A stretch of DNA of 64,000 bases from a candidate division TM6 bacterium UASB340 (GTDB lineage: Bacteria; Babelota; Babeliae; Babelales; UASB340), in the NCBI GenBank assembly GCA_001468925.1, contig LDIX01000003.1, forward strand, positions 3,018-67,017, read 5' to 3'. Shown piece by piece: positions 25,647 through 33,521 of the stretch (positions are counted from its first letter, which is position 1; each line of letters begins with the position of its first letter). The notes below the pieces were generated by a model that did no database searches, was not told the origin of the DNA, and was given only the letters and a program-made list of their open reading frames with translations. The position numbers and the translations under genes are program-made.

Positions 25647-26246
25647 TTATTTAAATTTAATAAACTGTAACAAATAAATCAAATATACAAAAATACCATT
25701 TAAATTATTCAGATAAGTTTGCGGCGGTAACCCCAAAAAAAGAGCTACTATAAATTCAACAAAATTACCAAAACCAATCATAGAAACCAATCCAAAGCTT
25801 AGACCTTTTATAGATCTATTTTGATAATTTTTAAATAATTGAGGAATTTGATAAATTGCCCAAATCAGCATCATTATCCAACCGGAAGCATGTCCAACAA
25901 AAAAACTATTTTTTATAGATAAAAATAATAAAAATATAAAAAACAAAATACTAAATATAAAGAAAATTTTAAAACCTATATCTTTTGATTCAGAATAATA
26001 AAATCTTTGAAAAACTAATGTTAAAACAGCAAAAAATGCAAGCGGCACCATAATCTTATGAGCTAGCGGCAAATTAAGACAAAAAACATAAAACATGTAA
26101 AAACTGTAACCGTAAAAATAGCCTATAAATAAAAAATCGCTCAAACCTTTGGTTGATTTTCGATTAAAATTAAGCCTAATTTGAGGCAAAAGCCCAAAAA
26201 AGAATATGATTTGTGCTATCCATGGAAAAAAATTATTAAAATTCAT
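25647..26246 (-). CDS. 7-TM PQ-loop repeat transporter, paralogue 3
   Basis: LLPQIRLNFNRKSTKGLS and QIPQLFKNYQNRSIKGLS. I mapped seven hydrophobic segments by eye. Confidence 0.8.
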   Translation of the reverse strand: MNFNNFFPWIAQIIFFFGLLPQIRLNFNRKSTKGLSDFLFIGYFYGYSFYMFYVFCLNLPLAHKIMVPLAFFAVLTLVFQRFYYSESKDIGFKIFFIFSILFFIFLLFLSIKNSFFVGHASGWIMMLIWAIYQIPQLFKNYQNRSIKGLSFGLVSMIGFGNFVEFIVALFLGLPPQTYLNNLNGIFVYLIYLLQFIKFK

Positions 26247-26253
26247 AAAGCTC

Positions 26254-26481
26254 TCATACTTTTTCTAAATATTTTTTGTAAATATTTTTCAACAAAATCA
26301 AACTATTTAAATCTACAAACTCTTCGTCACTATGAATACCTCCCCCAATGGGGTCCATTATTATACATGGAAAATTCTTTTGAGTAAAAAATCTTCCATC
26401 TGAAGCCGTATTACAGTTTATAATATCTATATTACTGCGTAAAATATCCGTAATTTTTAGATTAAAATTATCGAGTTTACG
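26254..26481 (-). pseudogene. 3'-terminal remnant of an M20-family (DapE/ArgE-like) peptidase gene
   Basis: Minus-frame translation RKLDNFNLKITDILRSNIDIINCNTASDGRFFTQKNFPCIIMDPIGGGIHSDEEFVDLNSLILLKNIYKKYLEKV*. TSDGRF...GP...IH..(N/D)E.V....L pattern of M20 C-termini, from memory. No start codon or N-terminal part; an in-frame stop lies at 26482-26484. Confidence 0.55.
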
Positions 26482-26591
26482 TTATCTTATCAAATTCAGT
26501 TCAAATTTTAGTTATTAATTACTGCAAAAATTACATCTATCACTTTTTTATTAAATTTTAATCGATTTTTATTACTTTTTAATAAATCCAA

Positions 26592-26632
26592 TTGACAAAT
26601 ACTCTTAATGGGTTATGAATATATATTCATAA
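26592..26632 (+). promoter_or_regulatory. Putative promoter (TTGACA-16 nt-TATGAA) overlapped by the perfect 20-bp palindrome TTATGAATATATATTCATAA (26613..26632)
   Basis: Read directly from the sequence. The palindrome overlaps the -10 region about 50 nt upstream of the DUF5320 start, which is the geometry of a repressor operator. Confidence 0.45.
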
Positions 26633-26680
26633 TAAAAGTAGGTCAATATATTATTAACCAATAATTTAGAAGGTAAAAAT

Positions 26681-26902
26681 ATGCCAAAATTTGATGGAAC
26701 AGGGCCAAGAGGTTTAGGATCAGGAACAGGAAGAGGTCATGGTATGTGCAATAATAATGCCAGAAGAGGTCAAGGTTTCGGATTCGGTAGGGGACGAGGT
26801 CTTGGTCAAGTAGACAATTCAGAAATAGAAGACATTAAACTTAAGAATCAAAAATTAGAACAAGAAATAGAAATTTTGAAAAACATTTTAAGTTCAAAAT
26901 AA
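26681..26902 (+). CDS. DUF5320-family small Gly/Arg-rich protein with a C-terminal coiled coil
   Basis: MPKFDGTGPRGLGSGTGRGHGMCNN...GQGFGFGRGRGLGQ followed by IEDIKLKNQKLEQEIEILKNIL. The N-terminal MPxxDGTGPxGxGxxTGRGxGxC pattern matches DUF5320 as I remember it. Confidence 0.7.
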   Translation: MPKFDGTGPRGLGSGTGRGHGMCNNNARRGQGFGFGRGRGLGQVDNSEIEDIKLKNQKLEQEIEILKNILSSK

Positions 26903-26903
26903 A

Positions 26904-27179
26904 ATGGCAAGACCAAAAAAAATAAGGTTATTAAGGGGTATTCCAAAAGTTAAATATTTCAAACCCAAAGGAATACCTCTTAGCATATTGGAAGAAGTAT
27001 GCTTAACTCATGATGAATTTGAAGCCATAAAACTTTATCACGTAAAAAATTTACAACAAATTCAGGCCGCGCAACAAATGAATATATCACAACCAACATT
27101 TGCCAGAACACTTTGTTATGCCCATAAAAAAATAGCCAATGCGTTAGTTAACGGATTGGCTATTAAAATTGAGATCTAA
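26904..27179 (+). CDS. DUF134 (UPF0251) predicted HTH DNA-binding protein
   Basis: MARPKKIRLLRGIPKVKYFKPKGIPLSILEEVCLTHDEFEAIKLYHVKNLQQIQAAQQMNISQPTFARTLCYAHKKIANALVNG is collinear with the DUF134 consensus (YFKP.GIP...LEEV.LT.DE.EA.RL...). The start lies 1 nt after the upstream stop. Confidence 0.75.
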   Translation: MARPKKIRLLRGIPKVKYFKPKGIPLSILEEVCLTHDEFEAIKLYHVKNLQQIQAAQQMNISQPTFARTLCYAHKKIANALVNGLAIKIEI

Positions 27180-27191
27180 TTGTAAACAAAA

Positions 27192-28148
27192 TTACAATAT
27201 TTTTTTTACAAATTTTAAAGAAATCGCCGCGAATTGAACTTGAATAATAAATGCAACTGATATGATAAGGGCCGAAATACCGGCATTGGGTCCAAAAGTA
27301 GTCATTGCAATAGCAAGAGCAATTGAAAGATTTCTCATAACAGATCCATAAATTAATGCGGAACCATCATATTTATCAAAAAACATTTTTGCCGCAAAAA
27401 AACTTATCATAAAATTAATTATATAAAACAATATTACAGGTACAATAATTTTAATTAATAATTCAGGATGCATATATATAATTTTAGATTTTAAAGCTAT
27501 TGCAACAAAAACAATTCCTAAAACACCCAAGATCGATACCGAAGATATTTTTGGTATAAAATTTTTATTAAATTTTTCTTTATCAAATGATTTAAGTAAA
27601 AAATATTTTGTTAATTGACCTAAAATTAATGGTAAAAATATAACTAAAAAAATCTGTTTAAAAATTATAACAAGAGAAAATTCTACAGCTGTACCCATAA
27701 AAAATTTTATATAAAATGGAGTTGCAATAGAACCTAACAAAAGGCCAATCAATGTCATAATAACTGACGCATTTATATTACCATTGGCAAAACCGGTCCA
27801 TGTTATTGTCATACCGCTTGTTGGCAAAAGTGCAGATAAAAATAATCCCAAGAAAAGCATATTCTGATCTTTAAAAAATAAAAATCCCAAACCATATGCA
27901 ACTATAGGAATTATCAAAAAATTTATAATTTGAGTTATTATATGCAATTTATAATTTTTAATATTTAAAAGTTGCATAAAATCCAAATCTATCATCATTG
28001 GAAATATCATTAAAAAAGTAAACGGCATTATTAAATTCGACAAAAAATTTGATGAAAAAATTAAACCATAAATAAACCCAAGTAACATGCTTACCGTTAT
28101 TGCCATACTTAAGTTTTTCTTAACGCTAAACAAAACTTTTAAAAACAT
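27192..28148 (-). CDS. BART-superfamily membrane transporter (BASS/SBF-like or ACR3-like), about 10 TM
   Basis: LPTSGMTITWTGFANGNINASVIMTLIGLLLG aligns with the BASS motif (P...T..A.G(D/N)(V/I)..SV.MT....LL). ATG at 28148 follows a GGTGGGG RBS. The track TTG start at 28163 is an alternative. Confidence 0.65.
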   Translation of the reverse strand: MFLKVLFSVKKNLSMAITVSMLLGFIYGLIFSSNFLSNLIMPFTFLMIFPMMIDLDFMQLLNIKNYKLHIITQIINFLIIPIVAYGLGFLFFKDQNMLFLGLFLSALLPTSGMTITWTGFANGNINASVIMTLIGLLLGSIATPFYIKFFMGTAVEFSLVIIFKQIFLVIFLPLILGQLTKYFLLKSFDKEKFNKNFIPKISSVSILGVLGIVFVAIALKSKIIYMHPELLIKIIVPVILFYIINFMISFFAAKMFFDKYDGSALIYGSVMRNLSIALAIAMTTFGPNAGISALIISVAFIIQVQFAAISLKFVKKIL

Positions 28149-28169
28149 AACACACCCCACCAAGAAAAT

Positions 28170-28196
28170 TTGGGCCAGGAGTAAATCCTGGCCAAT
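28170..28196 (-). terminator. Intrinsic terminator after pepA (GGCCAGGA-gtaaa-TCCTGGCC)
   Basis: The minus strand reads UUGGCCAGGAUUUACUCCUGGCCCAAAUUUUCUU, about 30 nt after the pepA stop. Confidence 0.6.
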
Positions 28197-28222
28197 ATTA
28201 ATAAATCTTTAAAAAATATCTG

Positions 28223-29758
28223 TTATTTACTTTTATTATAATTTAAAACAAATTCAGAAAGCAGTCTAACGCCTGCACCCGAAGCGCCCTTTCCAATATA
28301 ACTAACACCGGGAACTCCATCTGCAGTTCCTGCAATATCCAAATGGGCCCATTTTGATTTTTCTACAAAATTTTTCAAAAACCAAGAAGCTGTAATTGTT
28401 CCGGCTTTGTAATTTGCAGCACCTGTATTTGCGATATCTGCAACTTCAGATTTGATGGCATCTTTAAAGTCTTCATCCATAGGCAGCGGCCAAACTCTAT
28501 CTCCTGTAACAAGACCAACAGCCTGAAGTTTTGTACCAATATCATCATTTCTAGTCATAAGGCCCGTAAAAAAATGTCCCAAAGCATAAAGACAGGCACC
28601 TGTCAAAGTTGCAATATCTATAATCACTTCCGGATTATAAAATTTTTCTGCATAAGAAAGAGCATCTGCCAAAATTAATCGACCTTCAGCATCAGTATTT
28701 TTTATTTCAGCCGTTTTGCCGTTTAAAAATCTAATAATATCATCTTGCCTGCAAGCTTTACCACTTGGCATATTTTCAACAAGCGGTGTAATTGCAACAA
28801 CATGAACATTCGGTTTTAATTGCGCAATAATTTTCATAGCACCATAAACAGCTGCGGCTCCGGACATATCAAATTTCATTCCGGTCATATAATCCGAAGG
28901 TTTTAAACTTATTCCACCGGAATCAAATGTTACGCCTTTTCCAACAAGTGCAATCGTTGGTATATCTTTTTTATCAGAGTTATATTCTAAAACAACAAAC
29001 TGAGGTTCATTGTCTGACCCTGAGCTTACAGCCAAAAATCCACCCATTGAAAGTTTTTCAGCATCTTTTTTTTCTAAAACTTTACATTCCAAATCGTATT
29101 CATCTGCTAAATTTTTTGCTTCTTGCGCTAAAGCTTTAGGCGTTAAATAATTTGCGGGTAAATCTGCTAAATTTCTTGTAAAATTTGTAGCATTACCAAT
29201 TACAATACCTTCCTGCAATCCAATTGCAAAAGTTTGTTCTTGTTTAGCCCCAACATAAAGTAAAAGTTTTCCTGTAAAGCCTGCTTCATTAATTTTATCG
29301 GATTTAAATTTTATAAATTCATAGTCAGCCATAATTGCCGCAATAACAATTTGTCTTATTAGTCTATCTCGTATGAGACCAAATGGTTTATCATCTTCAG
29401 GCAAACAAATTACCGTATCTTTAATTTCTAACTCTTTTAATTTTAAAACAATCGATCCAATTGCTCGCCTTAGATTTTCAAGTTCATAATTCCAAGCAGT
29501 ATCCAATTTACCTAGACCAACAAAAATTAATTGAATTAATTTATTATCTTTATTTGCAGTCAAAACGAATAAATCGCCTTTTTTTCCGGTAAATTTATGT
29601 TTTTTCAAAATTTCTCTTAAATTTGGATAAAAATCTTTTTCAATACGCTCAAAATCACTTTGCAAATTAATTGAATAAAGACCTTCTTTTAATAAAAAAA
29701 CATAACCTTCAACTTGGTTTTCCCAAAATTTTTTTTCTGTAATTTGAATCTCAAACAT
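28223..29758 (-). CDS. pepA: leucyl aminopeptidase (M17)
   Basis: M17 signature NTDAEGRL (IKNTDAEGRLILADAL), plus VGKGVTFDSGG and DMSGAAAV metal-ligand regions. Confidence 0.93.
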   Translation of the reverse strand: MFEIQITEKKFWENQVEGYVFLLKEGLYSINLQSDFERIEKDFYPNLREILKKHKFTGKKGDLFVLTANKDNKLIQLIFVGLGKLDTAWNYELENLRRAIGSIVLKLKELEIKDTVICLPEDDKPFGLIRDRLIRQIVIAAIMADYEFIKFKSDKINEAGFTGKLLLYVGAKQEQTFAIGLQEGIVIGNATNFTRNLADLPANYLTPKALAQEAKNLADEYDLECKVLEKKDAEKLSMGGFLAVSSGSDNEPQFVVLEYNSDKKDIPTIALVGKGVTFDSGGISLKPSDYMTGMKFDMSGAAAVYGAMKIIAQLKPNVHVVAITPLVENMPSGKACRQDDIIRFLNGKTAEIKNTDAEGRLILADALSYAEKFYNPEVIIDIATLTGACLYALGHFFTGLMTRNDDIGTKLQAVGLVTGDRVWPLPMDEDFKDAIKSEVADIANTGAANYKAGTITASWFLKNFVEKSKWAHLDIAGTADGVPGVSYIGKGASGAGVRLLSEFVLNYNKSK

Positions 29759-29773
29759 ATTTTTTACCCCGTT

Positions 29774-30157
29774 TTAATTTTTTTTAAATGCCGCTTTTAA
29801 AGCCTCTAATGACAGTAAAGCACACTTAATTCTATTTGGTCCCAATGGAATACCAACAAGTTTTACAATATCATCTTTTCCAATATTTAATATTTCTTCA
29901 GGTGTTTTTCCAATGCAACTTTGTAACAACATTGATGCCGATGCCTGGCTCACAACGCATCCTGAACCTGAAAAGCCTAACTCTTTTATTTTTAATTGAT
30001 CTGAATTTTTATTTTCAAATTTTCCCTCAATCAAAATACTATCTCCACAAGATGGATTCTGTTGTCCGCTTGAAAAATCAGGATTTTCAATTGTTTTTCG
30101 ATATTTAGAATTTTTAAAATGCTCCATCAATTTTTCTTGATAAACATTATCACTCAT
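29774..30157 (-). CDS. sufU: Fe-S cluster assembly scaffold, SufU/IscU-type
   Basis: NPSCGDSI, GSGCVVSQASASM and IKCALLSLEAL are the three conserved Cys regions of SufU-type scaffolds. Directly downstream of sufS. Confidence 0.85.
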   Translation of the reverse strand: MSDNVYQEKLMEHFKNSKYRKTIENPDFSSGQQNPSCGDSILIEGKFENKNSDQLKIKELGFSGSGCVVSQASASMLLQSCIGKTPEEILNIGKDDIVKLVGIPLGPNRIKCALLSLEALKAAFKKN

Positions 30158-30160
30158 TTT

Positions 30161-31396
30161 TTACTTTCTAAAAAAATTTACAGTCTCATTTAATTTATCT
30201 AAAAAAATTTCAACATCTTGCACTGTGTTATAAATATAAAAACTTGCTCGCACTGATGATTGTAAATTAAGCATATTTGCCAAAGGTTGTGCACAATGAT
30301 GTCCACTGCGAACTGAAATATTAAGGCCTCCTAAAAAACCACTAATATCATGTGCATGAATATCCGGCAAAGAAAAACTTACCAGATGCCCACTTTTTTT
30401 GATTTGCTCAATATTACCCCAAATTTTCATATCTTTTATTTTTAATAAGCCATCAATTAACATAGAAGATAAATATGCCGTATGTTTTTCAAATTCTTTA
30501 AAATCAACATTTTCATTTAAATATTTCACAGCAGCACCAAGACCTATCGCTTGAGATATTGCCGGAGTTCCGGCTTCAAATTTATATGGAGCTTCCTTCC
30601 AAATTACATCATTAAAAGATGCTGCTTGTACCATTGAGCCACCAACTTTGTATGGTTCTACTTTATTATGCAAACTTTTATTTATATACAAAATACCTAT
30701 ACCTGTAGGGCCTAACATTTTGTGCCCGGATAGTACTAAAAAATCTATATTTAATTTTTTTACGTCTATTTTTTTGTATGGTGCAAGCTGAGAAGCATCA
30801 AGTAGAACCAATGCCCCAATATCATGTGCTGCGGATATAATATTTTCAAGTTGATTTTCTTTCCAGATTTCACCAAGCACATTGGAGCTTGCAGAAATTG
30901 AAACAAGTTTTATTTTATCAGACCAAAAATTAGCTTCCGGTAATTTAATAAAAAAAGTATCTTTATCCAATTCTAAAAACTTTAATTTAGCACCACTATT
31001 TTTACAAATTCTTAACCATGGCAAAAAATTTGCATGATGCTCAACTTGTGTTGTAACAATATAATCGTTTTTTTCTATATTTTGTCTTGCCCATGCATCA
31101 GCAATAAAATTTACACCTTCGGTTGTACCGGATGTAAAAATTATTTCTTCATTTTCTGCATTTAAAAATTTTGCAATTATTTCTCTTGAATTTTCAAAAA
31201 AACAAGTTGAGGTTTCCCCCAACTCATGAATCGATCTATGTACATTTGAATTATAGTTTTCATAAAAATCTACCATAGATTGAATAACAGATCGTGGTTT
31301 TTGAGTTGTTGCTGCATTATCTAAATAAACAAGATTTTTTTTATTTTGAAAAATTGGAAAATCTTTTTTTAGCAATTTTGCATCAAACTTAACCAT
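30161..31396 (-). CDS. sufS: cysteine desulfurase (group II, SufS-like)
   Basis: PLP-lysine motif LSGHKMLGPTGIG and catalytic Cys in RSGHHCAQP. AGGAGA RBS. Confidence 0.9.
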   Translation of the reverse strand: MVKFDAKLLKKDFPIFQNKKNLVYLDNAATTQKPRSVIQSMVDFYENYNSNVHRSIHELGETSTCFFENSREIIAKFLNAENEEIIFTSGTTEGVNFIADAWARQNIEKNDYIVTTQVEHHANFLPWLRICKNSGAKLKFLELDKDTFFIKLPEANFWSDKIKLVSISASSNVLGEIWKENQLENIISAAHDIGALVLLDASQLAPYKKIDVKKLNIDFLVLSGHKMLGPTGIGILYINKSLHNKVEPYKVGGSMVQAASFNDVIWKEAPYKFEAGTPAISQAIGLGAAVKYLNENVDFKEFEKHTAYLSSMLIDGLLKIKDMKIWGNIEQIKKSGHLVSFSLPDIHAHDISGFLGGLNISVRSGHHCAQPLANMLNLQSSVRASFYIYNTVQDVEIFLDKLNETVNFFRK

Positions 31397-31407
31397 CTTT
31401 CTCCTAA

Positions 31408-31596
31408 TTAATTATTAAACATATCGCTAAAATTTTTTCCCAGTTTTCCGGAATTATCTTCAACGAATATTTGGTAGGGCTTTGTTTCTTCAATTTCAGC
31501 ACTAACAAACTCTTCATCCAATAAAAACAAAAACAAAAATAGTGATACTTTTTTAATTTTATATAAAAAAACAAAACTATGATATTCGCGTTCCAT
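31408..31596 (-). CDS. Possible small hypothetical protein (62 aa), doubtful
   Basis: Fills the 180-nt gap between metG and sufS on the same strand. Hydrophobic stretch VSLFLFLFLL then an acidic tail. Its start overlaps the metG 3' end. No RBS or family support. Confidence 0.25.
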   Translation of the reverse strand: MEREYHSFVFLYKIKKVSLFLFLFLLDEEFVSAEIEETKPYQIFVEDNSGKLGKNFSDMFNN

Positions 31597-33520
31597 TTTC
31601 TATTTTCTCCATTACCGTTACCATTTGCATTTTATCACTTTCGTCTTTTGCAAACAGCATCATACCCTGTGATTCCATTCCCATAAGTTTTCTTGGCTTT
31701 AAGTTTTCAACGTATATACCTTGTTTTCCAACAAGATCTTGAGGTTTAAAATATTGTGCAACTCCGGAAAGAACTTGTCTTTTTCCAAATTTGCCCATAT
31801 CGACTAAAAGCTTTAATAGCTTTTCAGAACCACTAACAGGCTCACATTCCAAAATAGTCCCCACAACTAATTTTACTTTTGCAAAGTCATCGATGGTTAT
31901 AAAATCATCTACTACATTTGTCTCCTCTTTTTTCAAAAGATCAGACTTATTGGTATCCACCGTACCCTCCGGTCTTATAAATAACTGTCCATCCAATTTT
32001 TTCAAAACGAATTTTTTATTCCAAATATTTGATCTTAAATCAATTTCATAATTATTATTCAAATCAAAATTATGTCCAATAGAAGTCAAAAGTTCTTCCA
32101 TTTTTTTAGGCATTACAGGCCATAAAAGAATACCTATTGAGTATAAACTATGTAATACGGCATAAATAACTTCTACAAATAATTCCTTATTTTGCTTGAC
32201 TAAAGCCCAAGGCTTTTGATCATGGAAAAAAGCATTAACATCTGAAATAAATTTCCATAGCTCAGAAAGAGCTACATGAAAATTATAATGATTCATTTCA
32301 TCGGAAAATATTCTAAAAGCTTCTTCACATCTAGTTTTTAATGTTATAGTCTTTGCTTCTAAAACATCCGGTGCCATAACTTGAGTAAAATTATTATTTA
32401 AAGCTAATGTTAAAGTTCTATTTAAAAGATTTCCCAGATTATTTGCCAAATCTGAAGCAATTCTATTTTCAAGATCTTTTATGTCAAAATGGCCATCCTG
32501 ATTTATTGGCATCTGACGCAATAAATAATATCTAATTTGTTCAACACCATATAATTTTGCAAGTTCAACAGGATCTGCTGCATTACCCATAGATTTGGAC
32601 ATTTTTGCACCATCGGTCAAAATATAACCATGAACCAAAAGTTTTTTAGGTAAAGCAATATTGGCAGACATCAAAAAAGAAGGCCAATATACTGCATGAA
32701 ATCTAACAATATCTTTTGCCATAACTTGCAAATCTGCAGGCCAAAATTGATTAAATAAATTTTCATCTTCTTTTTTATCGGAGCCAAATCCAATAGCACT
32801 GATATAATTTGTTAATGCATCTGTCCAAACATATGCCGTATGTGTAGAATCCCAAGGTAATTGAATACCCCATTTAATATTTTTTCTTGAAATACTTAAA
32901 TCCTTTAATCCAGATTTAACAAAAGAAATTACTTCGTTTAATTTTTCTTTAGGTGTTATAAAATTAGGATTTTTTTCATAAAATTCCAACAGTCTGTCCT
33001 GATAAGCTGAAAGTCTGAAAAAATAACTTTCTTCTTGAAGCTCTTTTAATTTTCTATTGCATGATGGACAAAGATAACAACCGTCAGAATCTTTTTTTAT
33101 TTCAGGATTTATTGTTACATATGTTTCACACGGAACGCAATACCAGCCGGAATATGTAGATTTATAAATATCACCATTTTCATACATAATATTTAAAATC
33201 TTTATAACGGCTTGTTCATGTTTTTTATCTGTTGTTCTTATGAATTGATCATATTCAAGTTCGAATAATTGCCATACGTTTTTAAACGCAGGGATCATGG
33301 TATCAACAAATTTTTTAGGCTCTAAATTATTTTTTAAAGAGGCTTCTTCTATTTTTTGCCCATGCTCATCGGTCCCTGTAAGAAAATATGTTTTTTTGCC
33401 TAAAATTTTATTCCAACGAGAAACCGTATCCGCAATTAAAGTAGAATACAAAGTTCCAATATGCGGCTTACTATTAACGTAATAAATTGGAGTTGTTACA
33501 TAAAATTTATTTTTATTCAT
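31577..33520 (-). CDS. metG: methionine--tRNA ligase with a C-terminal tRNA-binding (Trbp111/EMAPII-like) domain
   Basis: HIGH-type motif (SKPHIGTLYS), KMSKS (GAKMSKSMGN), zinc-knuckle CVPCETY...CPSCN, and a C-terminal KLVVGTILECEPVSGSEKLLKLLVDMG OB-fold. Confidence 0.95.
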   Translation of the reverse strand: MNKNKFYVTTPIYYVNSKPHIGTLYSTLIADTVSRWNKILGKKTYFLTGTDEHGQKIEEASLKNNLEPKKFVDTMIPAFKNVWQLFELEYDQFIRTTDKKHEQAVIKILNIMYENGDIYKSTYSGWYCVPCETYVTINPEIKKDSDGCYLCPSCNRKLKELQEESYFFRLSAYQDRLLEFYEKNPNFITPKEKLNEVISFVKSGLKDLSISRKNIKWGIQLPWDSTHTAYVWTDALTNYISAIGFGSDKKEDENLFNQFWPADLQVMAKDIVRFHAVYWPSFLMSANIALPKKLLVHGYILTDGAKMSKSMGNAADPVELAKLYGVEQIRYYLLRQMPINQDGHFDIKDLENRIASDLANNLGNLLNRTLTLALNNNFTQVMAPDVLEAKTITLKTRCEEAFRIFSDEMNHYNFHVALSELWKFISDVNAFFHDQKPWALVKQNKELFVEVIYAVLHSLYSIGILLWPVMPKKMEELLTSIGHNFDLNNNYEIDLRSNIWNKKFVLKKLDGQLFIRPEGTVDTNKSDLLKKEETNVVDDFITIDDFAKVKLVVGTILECEPVSGSEKLLKLLVDMGKFGKRQVLSGVAQYFKPQDLVGKQGIYVENLKPRKLMGMESQGMMLFAKDESDKMQMVTVMEKIENGTRIS

Positions 33521-33521
33521 T

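Noticed and set aside
26181-26387. 68-aa plus-strand ORF overlapping the PQ-loop gene start and the M20 remnant
   Set aside because: It overlaps a supported CDS start and the opposite-strand pseudogene, and has no RBS and no recognisable motif.
27192-28148. Arsenite efflux pump ACR3
   Set aside because: The segment aligning with the ACR3 P-C-T-A-M motif reads P-T-S-G-M, so the cysteine I recall as essential is absent. The following A.G(N)I.ASV.MT motif fits BASS/SBF transporters at least as well. I therefore kept only a superfamily-level call.
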